Part shown: positions 20,226-28,429 of the stretch, one piece after another
How the letters are laid out: each line of letters begins with the position of its first letter
Position numbering within the stretch: the stretch's first letter is position 1
Position numbers and translations under genes: made by a program
Notes under the pieces: generated by a model
Databases searched by the model: none
What the model saw: only the letters and a program-made list of their open reading frames with translations
Told to the model about the DNA's origin: nothing
NCBI GenBank assembly: GCA_964486075.1
Contig: CAZALU010000002.1
Location: 1,013 to 65,012, forward strand
Direction: 5' to 3'
Origin: an uncultured Verrucomicrobiota bacterium
GTDB lineage: Bacteria > Verrucomicrobiota > Kiritimatiellia > JAAZAB01
DNA length: 64,000 nt

Positions 20226-20280
20226 ATTCTTTGTCAGAAAGTCCTATGGCGCTTGAACCAGCAATCATAAAAACTGCTTT

Positions 20281-20496
20281 CTACGGTACCGGGTCAATGC
20301 CGCCGGGGTGAAAGGGGTGGCACTTGACCAGCCGCAGGAATCCCAGGCCGAGCCCTTTTACGCAGCCATGTTTTTTCACCGCTGCCAAGCAGTATGATGA
20401 ACAAGACGGGTAGAAGCGGCAACAGGGACCCAATAGAGGAGAAATAAGAAACTGATAACATCGGATCAGGACAATCAGCAGTATTTTCATGAGCAT
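20281..20496 (-). CDS. yidD: membrane protein insertion efficiency factor YidD
   Basis: [48 protein letters not shown] is the classic YidD sequence. The ORF-track start at 20604 is an upstream extension. Confidence 0.8.
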   Translation of the reverse strand: MLMKILLIVLIRCYQFLISPLLGPCCRFYPSCSSYCLAAVKKHGCVKGLGLGFLRLVKCHPFHPGGIDPVP

Positions 20497-20611
20497 GGCC
20501 CTCCATCGGATGGAGATATTAAGGAGTCCAAATAGTCTATATACTGCAATTGGTAGAGCAGGCTTTACGCCTGCTATTTGGCCGGAAAAAACCGTACCTC
20601 CCATATCTAAA

Positions 20612-21031
20612 CTATTGTGGACTTACTTGTAAAATACCCGCTTGTTTGGCCAGCCGGAGCAATTCCTCCTCAATATCTTTCCAGGAGGCGTTGACTATGG
20701 ATCGTCGCGCGATCAGGATGATGTCCACTTTGCCCTGAAAAAGATGGCGGTTCAAACGAAATGCTTCCCGTAAGCGACGCCGGGAACGGTTGCGCGCCAC
20801 CGCTGCTCCTGTTTTACGGCTGGCCACTACACCCAGACGCAAGGATGCATCCTCCGCTTTCCGCAGCCATAAGACCATTAACCGGCCTATACAACGGTGG
20901 CCCTGGGCATAAGTTTCCTGGAACAACGCCGAACGGATCAGCCTTTGGCTCCGCGCCAAGCTGCGATTAATTGGAGGGTCGGGATTCACGATCGGCAAGC
21001 AACCGGCCATCCTCCCTGCGAACCGTGTCAT
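20612..21031 (-). CDS. rnpA: ribonuclease P protein component
   Basis: Basic protein with [20 protein letters not shown]...[28 protein letters not shown] matching the RnpA RNR motif region. Located between rpmH and yidD. The exact start (21031 or the internal Met at ~21010) is uncertain. Confidence 0.8.
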   Translation of the reverse strand: MTRFAGRMAGCLPIVNPDPPINRSLARSQRLIRSALFQETYAQGHRCIGRLMVLWLRKAEDASLRLGVVASRKTGAAVARNRSRRRLREAFRLNRHLFQGKVDIILIARRSIVNASWKDIEEELLRLAKQAGILQVSPQ

Positions 21032-21084
21032 GGGTTCGCGTACGCAGGGTCATGCCGCAGTTTACGGCAAGCCCAGAGCTGGTT

Positions 21085-21219
21085 TTAGACTGCCAATCGG
21101 GTGCGCCCTTTGCGGCGCCGGTTGGCTAAAATCTTGCGTCCGTTGGCCGTGGCCATACGGGCGCGGAAGCCGTGTTTGCGTTTGCGTTTTTTGACGGAGG
21201 GTTGATAGGTGCGCTTCAT
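21085..21219 (-). CDS. rpmH: 50S ribosomal protein L34
   Basis: Not in the ORF track because it is shorter than 60 aa. Own translation: [44 protein letters not shown], 44 aa with TAA stop. Lies upstream of rnpA. Confidence 0.9.
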   Translation of the reverse strand: MKRTYQPSVKKRKRKHGFRARMATANGRKILANRRRKGRTRLAV

Positions 21220-21401
21220 TGCTTGGTTTTTTCCTTTCTTATAATGCCTAAAAAGTAACTCACTAAATCATAAACGGTGGTTTTATTCAACCTGAATATT
21301 GTTTGGCAGTGCGCTACGTTCCGGAGCGCGGCCAAATCCGTCCTCCTGCTAAATTTAATTGTTATAAAATTTCTTGGACTTTCGCCGGGATATTTAGTAT
21401 T

Positions 21402-21572
21402 ACCTAAATTTTGCGCCGAGACGGCGCAGAGTTCACCTAAAAGGCCGCCACGTGAGTCGCGTTCCGTGTGTCAACGCGGTCACGTGATGATGGTCGCGTA
21501 AAACGCGGCCAAACGGGGTTAACCACGTTAGTTTCGAAAACAACCCAACGGGTTATTTTCGAAACTTCACGT
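21402..21572. repeat. copy B of the ~170-bp dispersed CACGTG-palindrome element (sense copy relative to the DedA gene)
   Basis: See copy A. It is flanked by a near-perfect 14-bp direct repeat: ATATTTAGTATTAC at 21390-21404 and ATATTTAGGTATTAG at 21632-21647. Confidence 0.85.
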
Positions 21573-21633
21573 CTTTCGCCAGCGGGCAATGCCCGCTTAG
21601 GCGAAAGTGAACATTGCACGATTATCGTGCAAT
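21573..21633 (+). other. two consecutive long perfect hairpins (15-bp nested stem CTTTCGCC-AGCGGGC..GCCCGCT-GGCGAAAG; 10-bp stem ATTGCACGAT-T-ATCGTGCAAT)
   Basis: Read directly from the sequence, located between repeat B and the DedA start codon. Confidence 0.6.
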
Positions 21634-21660
21634 ATTTAGGTATTAGGATGGCCGTGTTGC

Positions 21661-22326
21661 TTGAAATATTCAAGGGATTTAAATATGCAACCATCTTTGT
21701 TCACTGCCCGACTTGCGCTCTGGTGCCGTACGCCATTCGTGTGGGTTAAACGGCTTTACCATTGGGTATTGCATTGGGCAGATACTCCCTATGGAATGCC
21801 GGCCCTGTTTCTACTTGCTTTTGCCGAGTCGTCATTCTTTCCCATTCCGCCGGATGTGTTGTTGATAGCCCTGGCGCTGGCGATGCCCTCCCGCAGCCTG
21901 TGGTATGCCGCGGTTTGTTCGGCTGGTTCCGTTCTGGGTGGCATGGTCGGATATGCCATTGGTTATTTTTTCTGGGACACCGTGGGCCAACCGATTATCA
22001 ATTTTTATCAGGCCCAGGCGGCATTTGCCACAGTACAGGGGTATTATCAGGATAACGCTTTTTTCTATATCTTGTTGGCGGCTTTTACCCCGGTCCCCTA
22101 TAAGGTCTTTACCATTGCCGGCGGGATTTGCCAAATCCAATTCTGGCAGGAACTGGTCCTGGGTTCGCTGATTGGCCGCTCGTTGCGTTTTTTCGCGGTG
22201 GCCGGCCTGTTTTATTTTTTTGGGCCGCCGATCAAGAAATTTATCGATCGATATTTTGAGCTGCTGACCGTTCTTTTCGGAATTCTGCTGGTCGGCGGTT
22301 TCCTGGCTATTAAATATCTGCATTAA
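21661..22326 (+). CDS. DedA/YqaA family inner-membrane protein
   Basis: 221 aa, polytopic, with the AFAESSFFPIPPDVLLIALA motif characteristic of YqaA/DedA (SNARE-associated) proteins. The start may be the second Met (MQPSLF...). Confidence 0.75.
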   Translation: MKYSRDLNMQPSLFTARLALWCRTPFVWVKRLYHWVLHWADTPYGMPALFLLAFAESSFFPIPPDVLLIALALAMPSRSLWYAAVCSAGSVLGGMVGYAIGYFFWDTVGQPIINFYQAQAAFATVQGYYQDNAFFYILLAAFTPVPYKVFTIAGGICQIQFWQELVLGSLIGRSLRFFAVAGLFYFFGPPIKKFIDRYFELLTVLFGILLVGGFLAIKYLH

Positions 22327-22359
22327 ATGCGTTACGACAGGGCCCGACCAACCACTTGG

Positions 22360-23262
22360 TCACCAGCGCAATCCCGCTCGTAGCCCGCATAACGACGTGT
22401 TGTTGGCCGGCTCGAAAAACGTATAGAGTCCTTCCGATGTCAGGACGTATTTTCGCTCGGATTCCCCGATGTCCCAGTACTGAAAGAAGGGCTCCAGCAT
22501 CAGGCCCAAGGCGCGTGTCAGGGGACGTTTTAGGAAAACCGACGCCTTAGCGCCGTAGCCGGAGTGCTGGCTAAGATCAAGCGTCGCGTTATCGGCGAGC
22601 GGGAAGTCCGTGTTGCGGTTAAGCCCGGCCCAGAAGATGTCGAATTCGGCGCGGACGCCCAGCGTCCAGGCCTTGCCGAAGGTTCCGCTGATTTCCATGC
22701 CCAAGGGGCTGTATAGATAGAAGTTCTGCCGGTTGTAACCCCCTGCGTTGTTAGCTCCCAGGTTGTCGTTCAAGCAGCGCAGTCCGATGCCGGCGAACGG
22801 GGTGATGGGGCGCCAATTATATCCGACCGTGGTGCGCAGATCCAGGATCCGGTCAGGGGTGTCCACTGCCACTGGTTTGCCGCCCATGGTTTGTCCTTCG
22901 TAACGCAGAGTTCCCGCCGCCAGCGAGGCCCCCAGGTCCCAAACCAGATTGCTTTGAAAGGTCGTTGTTAAGGCTGCGAAGCCGCCATATAGGAAACCGT
23001 ATTCCTTCATCAGGCCCGGCTCCCGGTAATTAAAAGAGAGCAGTTCGGGGCCAAATTCAAGGACACAGGTCGTGCCGGCCGGCGCACGCAGAACAGGCAG
23101 GAGCAAACAGATCAAGAATCCCGCATATTGACGCCATCGGAGCGAGCGTGGTTTGCCAAGACGCGCCTTCTCAGAAGTAGGAGCGCACGCCGAAGTGCAT
23201 GCCGCAATCACTGCTTTGGTCGCGCCCATTATTATTGAAGACGTTTTTACTGGCCAAATCAT
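22360..23262 (-). CDS. outer-membrane beta-barrel protein (hypothetical); start codon uncertain
   Basis: Alternating amphipathic beta-strand pattern with Gly/aromatic-rich segments. It overlaps the upstream OMP gene by 90 nt if the first Met is used, so the true start is probably an internal TTG/ATG before the ICLLLPVLRA signal-like segment. Confidence 0.5.
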   Translation of the reverse strand: MIWPVKTSSIIMGATKAVIAACTSACAPTSEKARLGKPRSLRWRQYAGFLICLLLPVLRAPAGTTCVLEFGPELLSFNYREPGLMKEYGFLYGGFAALTTTFQSNLVWDLGASLAAGTLRYEGQTMGGKPVAVDTPDRILDLRTTVGYNWRPITPFAGIGLRCLNDNLGANNAGGYNRQNFYLYSPLGMEISGTFGKAWTLGVRAEFDIFWAGLNRNTDFPLADNATLDLSQHSGYGAKASVFLKRPLTRALGLMLEPFFQYWDIGESERKYVLTSEGLYTFFEPANNTSLCGLRAGLRW

Positions 23263-23704
23263 AATACAATTCCGCCGCCAGGGCTACGTTTTCGGATAGG
23301 AAGAACTTCAGACCGCCAGCGCCTTCCGTCAGGAGATGGTCGGATATGTATAAGTCGCCGAAATTGGCCGTCAGGCGCAGGGCAACATACGGAACCACTG
23401 CTGAATGCAGGTCGAAGTTGATTTCACCATAAGGGCCCAGTCCCCAGCCGATGTCGCTGCCTTCGCAGGCGAATTTGGCAATACCGCCGACCTGTACATC
23501 GTCGATGACAAAGTAGCCTAGTGACAGTTGGATCGCGGATTGGACCTTGCCGTCATGGTTTTCAAAGTCCAAGCCCCCGTTGAGTCCGACTTCCATGGTG
23601 TCCTGCTGCAGGACCGTGCCGAATCCAGACACGGCACTCAGCAGTATAATGCTCGCGATGATTTTTTTCATGGTGTGCTTGGTTCTCCTTTTTTTATTGC
23701 TCAA
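23171..23704 (-). CDS. small outer-membrane beta-barrel protein (OmpW/OmpA-like 8-strand barrel)
   Basis: Signal peptide MKKIIASIILLSAVSG (the probable true start is Met12, giving a 5' end at 23671). The C-terminus ends ...HFGVRSYF with terminal Phe, typical of OMPs. Confidence 0.65.
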   Translation of the reverse strand: MSNKKRRTKHTMKKIIASIILLSAVSGFGTVLQQDTMEVGLNGGLDFENHDGKVQSAIQLSLGYFVIDDVQVGGIAKFACEGSDIGWGLGPYGEINFDLHSAVVPYVALRLTANFGDLYISDHLLTEGAGGLKFFLSENVALAAELYYDLASKNVFNNNGRDQSSDCGMHFGVRSYF

Positions 23705-23779
23705 AATTAGCTATCTCTTAAAACATAGCCTGCCGTTCCATTTTCAGTCAAGCCCAAATGCGACCCTGATAAAAAAACT

Positions 23780-25222
23780 TTGTTTTTCAAGCCGAAGCTG
23801 TATCCTGTTGTCAAAACTATTAGCTTTGGAGTCATAACCGCCATGATACCGAAACAAGAAACCAAAATTCTGGCCACTTTGGGGCCAGTCTCATTCAGTC
23901 ACGAGATGATCCGGGCCTTGATTAACGAGGGCGTCGATGGGTTCCGAATCAATATGAGTCATACCAAGGCAGAAGATCTTGCCGGGCATGTACAGGCGAT
24001 TCGCGCGGTCGCCACGCGGGAACAAGTGCCCATCGCGGTGGTCGTGGACTTGGGCGGTCCCAAGATCCGCGTGGGCATGCTGGCTGGTGGACAACTCGCC
24101 CTGGCCGCTGCTGCCGAACCGGTGCTTGGCGCCGAGATTCCGATTTCCCATCCCGAAATACTGGCGGACATCCGACCCGGCCACAGGATTCTTATGGATG
24201 ACGGCAAGCTGGAGCTGGAAGCGATCGCTGCCGTTGACGGCGGCTTTAAAACACGTGTGAAGTTTGGCGGCCTTCTATTCCAGGGCAAGGGCCTCAATTT
24301 GCCGGATACCGAGGTGCGCCTGCCGGCCTTGACGGAAAAGGACATGCAAGACCTGGCCGCCGCCGTCAAGGCGGAGGTTGACTATATCTCCCTTTCTTTT
24401 GTGCAGCGTCCCGAGGATATGATCATGGCCCGGCGTGAGACCGAACGCCACGGGCGTTGTCCCTTCCTGATCGCCAAAATCGAAAAGCCGCAAGCCGTGG
24501 AAAGGTTCGAGGAGATTCTCAAGGTGTCGGACGGCATCATGGTGGCGCGTGGCGATCTGGGGGTTGAGGTTTCGCCGGCCCGCGTCCCGGTGCTCCAGAA
24601 ACATATCATCAGCCGCTGCAATGCCCAGGGCAAAACCGTGATCACGGCGACCCAGATGCTGGAATCCATGATTCAGAATCCCCGCCCGACCCGCGCCGAA
24701 GCGTCGGATGTGGCAAATGCCGTTTGGGACGGGACGGATGCCGTCATGCTTTCTGGGGAAACCGCGATTGGCCGCTATCCGCTCGAATGCGTCGGCATGA
24801 TGCGCGACATAATCACCGAGGCCGAAAAAGCGGCCACGCCCCGCCGGGAGCCGTTTCTGGAAGCCACGCGTGTGCATGCGCTGGCGTCTGCGGCGGTGGA
24901 TGCGGCCGAGGCGCTCCATGCCCGGGCAATCGTGATCATCACTTTGTCGGGTTTCACGGCGCAGATGGTGGCCCAGCGGCGGCCGACCGTGCCTCTGATC
25001 GCGGTGGTGCCTGATCCGCGGATCTACAACCGCCTGATGCTGGTGTGGGGTATCCTGCCGGTGGTCGTGCCTTGGGGAAATAATTCGGATGCGCTCCTGG
25101 ATGGGTTGCGCAAAACATTGCTGGCCGGCGGGCACATCCGGGACCAGGACACTATTATTATAATCAGCGGTTCCACCCGCCTGCGCGGCGCGGATTATAT
25201 CATGAAAATTCAGGCGCCCTGA
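23780..25222 (+). CDS. pyk: pyruvate kinase
   Basis: TKILATLGPVS...GVDGFRINMSHT...KIENQEAV-like motifs (IAKIEKPQAVE), MVARGDLGVE and a C-terminal allosteric domain. The probable start is MIPKQETKI at ~23843. Confidence 0.9.
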   Translation: MFFKPKLYPVVKTISFGVITAMIPKQETKILATLGPVSFSHEMIRALINEGVDGFRINMSHTKAEDLAGHVQAIRAVATREQVPIAVVVDLGGPKIRVGMLAGGQLALAAAAEPVLGAEIPISHPEILADIRPGHRILMDDGKLELEAIAAVDGGFKTRVKFGGLLFQGKGLNLPDTEVRLPALTEKDMQDLAAAVKAEVDYISLSFVQRPEDMIMARRETERHGRCPFLIAKIEKPQAVERFEEILKVSDGIMVARGDLGVEVSPARVPVLQKHIISRCNAQGKTVITATQMLESMIQNPRPTRAEASDVANAVWDGTDAVMLSGETAIGRYPLECVGMMRDIITEAEKAATPRREPFLEATRVHALASAAVDAAEALHARAIVIITLSGFTAQMVAQRRPTVPLIAVVPDPRIYNRLMLVWGILPVVVPWGNNSDALLDGLRKTLLAGGHIRDQDTIIIISGSTRLRGADYIMKIQAP

Positions 25223-25446
25223 TTTTGGGTATCCGGCGCCGTCACTGTTTTCGTGCCGCATACCGCCGATGGGATTACGCTTAAAAAAAGTAATTGTAAT
25301 TATGGCCGGCGCCTCCTGCCGCCTTGTGCGGCAGGGGCGACAGATTGACTGACAAGGGTGTTTGTCCAGCCAATCTCTTCACCTGCGAGGCAAGCGGCGA
25401 GGGCCTCAAGACCATAATCCAAATGGCTGCTTAAAAAATTCTAAAG

Positions 25447-25476
25447 TTGACACGGTGCGGGTGAACTGGTAACAAT
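25447..25476 (+). promoter_or_regulatory. candidate sigma70-type promoter (TTGACA-N17-TAACAAT) upstream of the dksA-like gene
   Basis: A perfect -35 hexamer with 17-nt spacing to an A/T-rich -10-like element, ~160 nt upstream of the 25636 start. Pattern match only. Confidence 0.25.
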
Positions 25477-25635
25477 AATTGCAATTAATTTTCAACACTT
25501 TGATTCGGAAGGGTGCGAGCGGGAGCCAAGTGGGCCGGTCTGAAAATTGGACGGCGCGTTATGCGCCATTAACGCCATCTAGTGATGGGGGTGTATCATG
25601 CGAAAAAAGAATGTTGAAAAAAAATAAAATCGATT

Positions 25636-26202
25636 ATGTCTAAAACGCACCCGGTCAACAAAAAGGCGGTGGTCGTGTCTCGGCCGGCGCGCCCGGCGCT
25701 CAAGTCTAAAGGCGCCAAAAAGAGAACGTCGACGCCGCCGGTGGCGTCGGCCCCGAAAATTAATATTCCCAAAAAATATCGGCGTATTTATGAGGTCCTC
25801 ATTCACCAACGCGAACGGCTGGCGAAGCAAATCTCTTTTTTGGCGACCGATAATTTAACCCGTACCCAGGATGACGTGGAAGTCGATTTCCGGTCGAAGG
25901 AACAGGGCACGGATAATTTTGATCGCGAGTTCGCCCTGAACTGCGTCAGCCGGAACCAGGACATGATTTTTGAAGTCGATCAAGCCTTGAACCGGATCCA
26001 CATCGGAACTTTTGGCAAGTGCGAAAGCTGCGGGCACGCCATCGAAGAAGCCCGCCTGGAAAGCTTGCCTTATTCCCGCATGTGCATTGCGTGCAAATCT
26101 AAAACGGAAACCGGTTCTCGCGACAATCGCGTCGCGCGCACCGGCTTATTGTCCAGTAATAACGACAAGTCGCTTGCGGAAGTTGGCGACGATGACGAAT
26201 AG
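25636..26202 (+). CDS. DksA/TraR family C4-type zinc-finger protein with long basic N-terminal extension
   Basis: 188 aa. The C-terminus has CESCGHAIEEARLESLPYSRMCIACK (C4 zinc finger of DksA/TraR). The N-terminal ~60 aa is Lys/Pro/Ala-rich and basic (KKAVVVSRPARPALKSKGAKKRTSTPP...). Confidence 0.75.
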   Translation: MSKTHPVNKKAVVVSRPARPALKSKGAKKRTSTPPVASAPKINIPKKYRRIYEVLIHQRERLAKQISFLATDNLTRTQDDVEVDFRSKEQGTDNFDREFALNCVSRNQDMIFEVDQALNRIHIGTFGKCESCGHAIEEARLESLPYSRMCIACKSKTETGSRDNRVARTGLLSSNNDKSLAEVGDDDE

Positions 26203-26214
26203 ATACCACCGCAT

Positions 26215-26715
26215 ATGCTGACCGTCATCATCGGATTTGTCATCGTGGCGCTGGATCAGGCCACGAAATTAGCCATCCGACACAACCTGCGCCTAGGGGA
26301 GTCGTACCCGGTTGTTGACGGGTATTTCAACCTTAATTATCTCAGGAATACAGGAGCGGTTTGGGGTATTTTCCAGTCCCAAAACGCATGGCTTATTCTG
26401 CTTTCGTTCCTGGTGCTGGTGCTGATCATTGTCTTCTATCGTTGGCTGGTGGATCAGCGCGGAGTGCATCGCCTGGCCATGGGCTTGATGATCGGCGGCA
26501 TTGTCGGCAACCTGATTGACCGGATCAAGCTGGGATGGGTGACCGACTTTCTGGACTTTCATTGGCAGACCGCTCACTGGCCGTCATTTAACATCGCGGA
26601 TTCCGCCATTTGCGTGGGCGTTATCATCTATCTCGTATCTTCATTCCGGCGTCCGGTCCCGAAACCCGATGCGCGGGAAAAGGCGCAGCAAGAGCATGCG
26701 AGCCCCTCACCATAA
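26215..26715 (+). CDS. lspA: lipoprotein signal peptidase II
   Basis: 166 aa; NLNYLRNTGAVWGIF...GNLIDRI...FNIADSAICVG are conserved LspA motifs. Confidence 0.9.
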   Translation: MLTVIIGFVIVALDQATKLAIRHNLRLGESYPVVDGYFNLNYLRNTGAVWGIFQSQNAWLILLSFLVLVLIIVFYRWLVDQRGVHRLAMGLMIGGIVGNLIDRIKLGWVTDFLDFHWQTAHWPSFNIADSAICVGVIIYLVSSFRRPVPKPDAREKAQQEHASPSP

Positions 26716-27652
26716 GCAGCAGGCGTTTTTTTTGGTCGGCCCGACGGCGGTTGGTAAAACCGCCGTTGCGCATTGGATTGCCGAAAACCACGCTTGCGAT
26801 ATTCTTTCCGCGGATTCCATGCTGGTATATCGCGGGATGGATATCGGCACCGCTAAGCCCTCGGCCACGGAGCGCGCTCGCTGCAGGTACCGGGGACTGG
26901 ACCTTGTCTCGCCTCACGAGCCTTTCAGCGCCGGGGATTACCGGGCGGCGGCGCTGGCAGCGATCCGCGCAACGGACGCCGCGGGCCGCAGGCTGATCGT
27001 GACCGGAGGAACAGGCCTGTATATCAAGAGCCTGACGGATGGACTGGCGGACAGACCTCCGCGCAATGAAGCCATCCGGCGTCAAGCTGCGAGTCTGCTG
27101 GCAGAGCAGGGAATCAGGGCCTTGCAGGAATGGCTTGCCCGCCTGGATTCGGGCCGCCTGCAAGCGCTTGCCGATCCTCAGAATCCGCGCCGCCTGACCC
27201 GGGCGATCGAGCTGGCCTCGGCGGGAAAATCGACGCCGGACAAGACCTGGGAGAAGCTCCCGGACAGTCCGCGCATTCCGGGCTTGTTGCGACACCTTGA
27301 CGCGCTTTATGTGCTCATTGAACAACGGGTTGAAAGAATGTATGCCGACGGACTGCTGGAGGAAGTGCGAGGCCTGGTGGCGCAGGGATTGGCCTTGGCA
27401 CCGACCGCCTGCCAGGCCATCGGGTATGCCGAGGCCATCAAGGTCCTTGACGGGCGCTTGACACGTGCGCAGGCCATTACCGCCACTGTAATCCGCACCC
27501 GCCATCTGGCCAAACGCCAGCTAACCTGGTTTCGTCACCAAGCCAACGTGGACTGGCTGGAAATCGATGCGAAGCTGCCGGTGCCCGATTGCGCGCGCCG
27601 GGTTATGGAGTATTGGCAGACCCATGGCCCGACTCCGATTGCCGGGATATGA
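26669..27652 (+). CDS. miaA: tRNA dimethylallyltransferase
   Basis: P-loop FFLVGPTAVGKTAVA, DSMLVYRGMDIGTAKP and LIVTGGTGLYIKSL. The probable start is MRAPHHK at ~26696. Overlaps the lspA 3' end. Confidence 0.9.
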   Translation: MRGKRRSKSMRAPHHKQQAFFLVGPTAVGKTAVAHWIAENHACDILSADSMLVYRGMDIGTAKPSATERARCRYRGLDLVSPHEPFSAGDYRAAALAAIRATDAAGRRLIVTGGTGLYIKSLTDGLADRPPRNEAIRRQAASLLAEQGIRALQEWLARLDSGRLQALADPQNPRRLTRAIELASAGKSTPDKTWEKLPDSPRIPGLLRHLDALYVLIEQRVERMYADGLLEEVRGLVAQGLALAPTACQAIGYAEAIKVLDGRLTRAQAITATVIRTRHLAKRQLTWFRHQANVDWLEIDAKLPVPDCARRVMEYWQTHGPTPIAGI

Positions 27653-27661
27653 AGTGGTAAA

Positions 27662-28429
27662 ATGAAAACCCCAAATTCACCCAGCCAAAAAAACTCGCCC
27701 TTCGTTCCCGGCGAGCCGGTGAGTTACCGGGTGCTCGACCTGCCGGAGCAGCTGAGGCCTAGAGAACTTATGGACCGGTTTGGCGTGGAAAAGTTGCAGG
27801 ATGACACCCTCCTGGCCATTATTCTGCGGACTGGCGTGCCCGGTGTCAATGTGATGGAATTGGCGCGTCAGCTTTTGAAACAATATGGCTCACTGTCGCT
27901 CCTGGCCCGGGCTTCGGTCTCCGACCTGGCCCAGGTGCGTGGCATGGGAAAAATTAAGGCCCAGATTCTGAAATCTGCGCTGGAGTTGGCCAAACGCCTA
28001 ACGCACGAATCGCTTGCGGATCTGCCGATGGTGCGCACGCCCGCGGATGCTGCTGCCCTGTTGCGCGAATCGGCGCGTACGCTGGAAACAGAGGTCTTCT
28101 GGGTTCTGCTCTTGAACGCCAAGAACCGCCTACTGGGCGAGCCGGTGGAGATCACGCGAGGTCTGTTGGACTCCAGTCTGGCCCATCCCCGCGAAATTTT
28201 CAGGGATGCGGTGCGCGCGGCCAGCGCAGCCATCGTCATGGTGCATAATCATCCCTCTGGCGACCCTGCGCCTTCACCAGAGGATATCCGGATCACGAAA
28301 CAACTGGTGGCCTCGGGCCGGATCATTGATATCCGGGTGCTGGACCACGTGATTCTTGGGAAAGCGTCCCCAGCCAGAGAGCAGGACTACATTAGCCTGC
28401 GCGAAGCGGGACTGGTGGAGTTCGGTTAA
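27662..28429 (+). CDS. radC: RadC-like JAB-domain protein (UPF0758)
   Basis: 255 aa; N-terminal helix-hairpin-helix (DLAQVRGMGKIKAQIL) plus the JAMM-like motif HNHPSGDPAPSPEDIRITKQLV. Confidence 0.8.
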   Translation: MKTPNSPSQKNSPFVPGEPVSYRVLDLPEQLRPRELMDRFGVEKLQDDTLLAIILRTGVPGVNVMELARQLLKQYGSLSLLARASVSDLAQVRGMGKIKAQILKSALELAKRLTHESLADLPMVRTPADAAALLRESARTLETEVFWVLLLNAKNRLLGEPVEITRGLLDSSLAHPREIFRDAVRAASAAIVMVHNHPSGDPAPSPEDIRITKQLVASGRIIDIRVLDHVILGKASPAREQDYISLREAGLVEFG

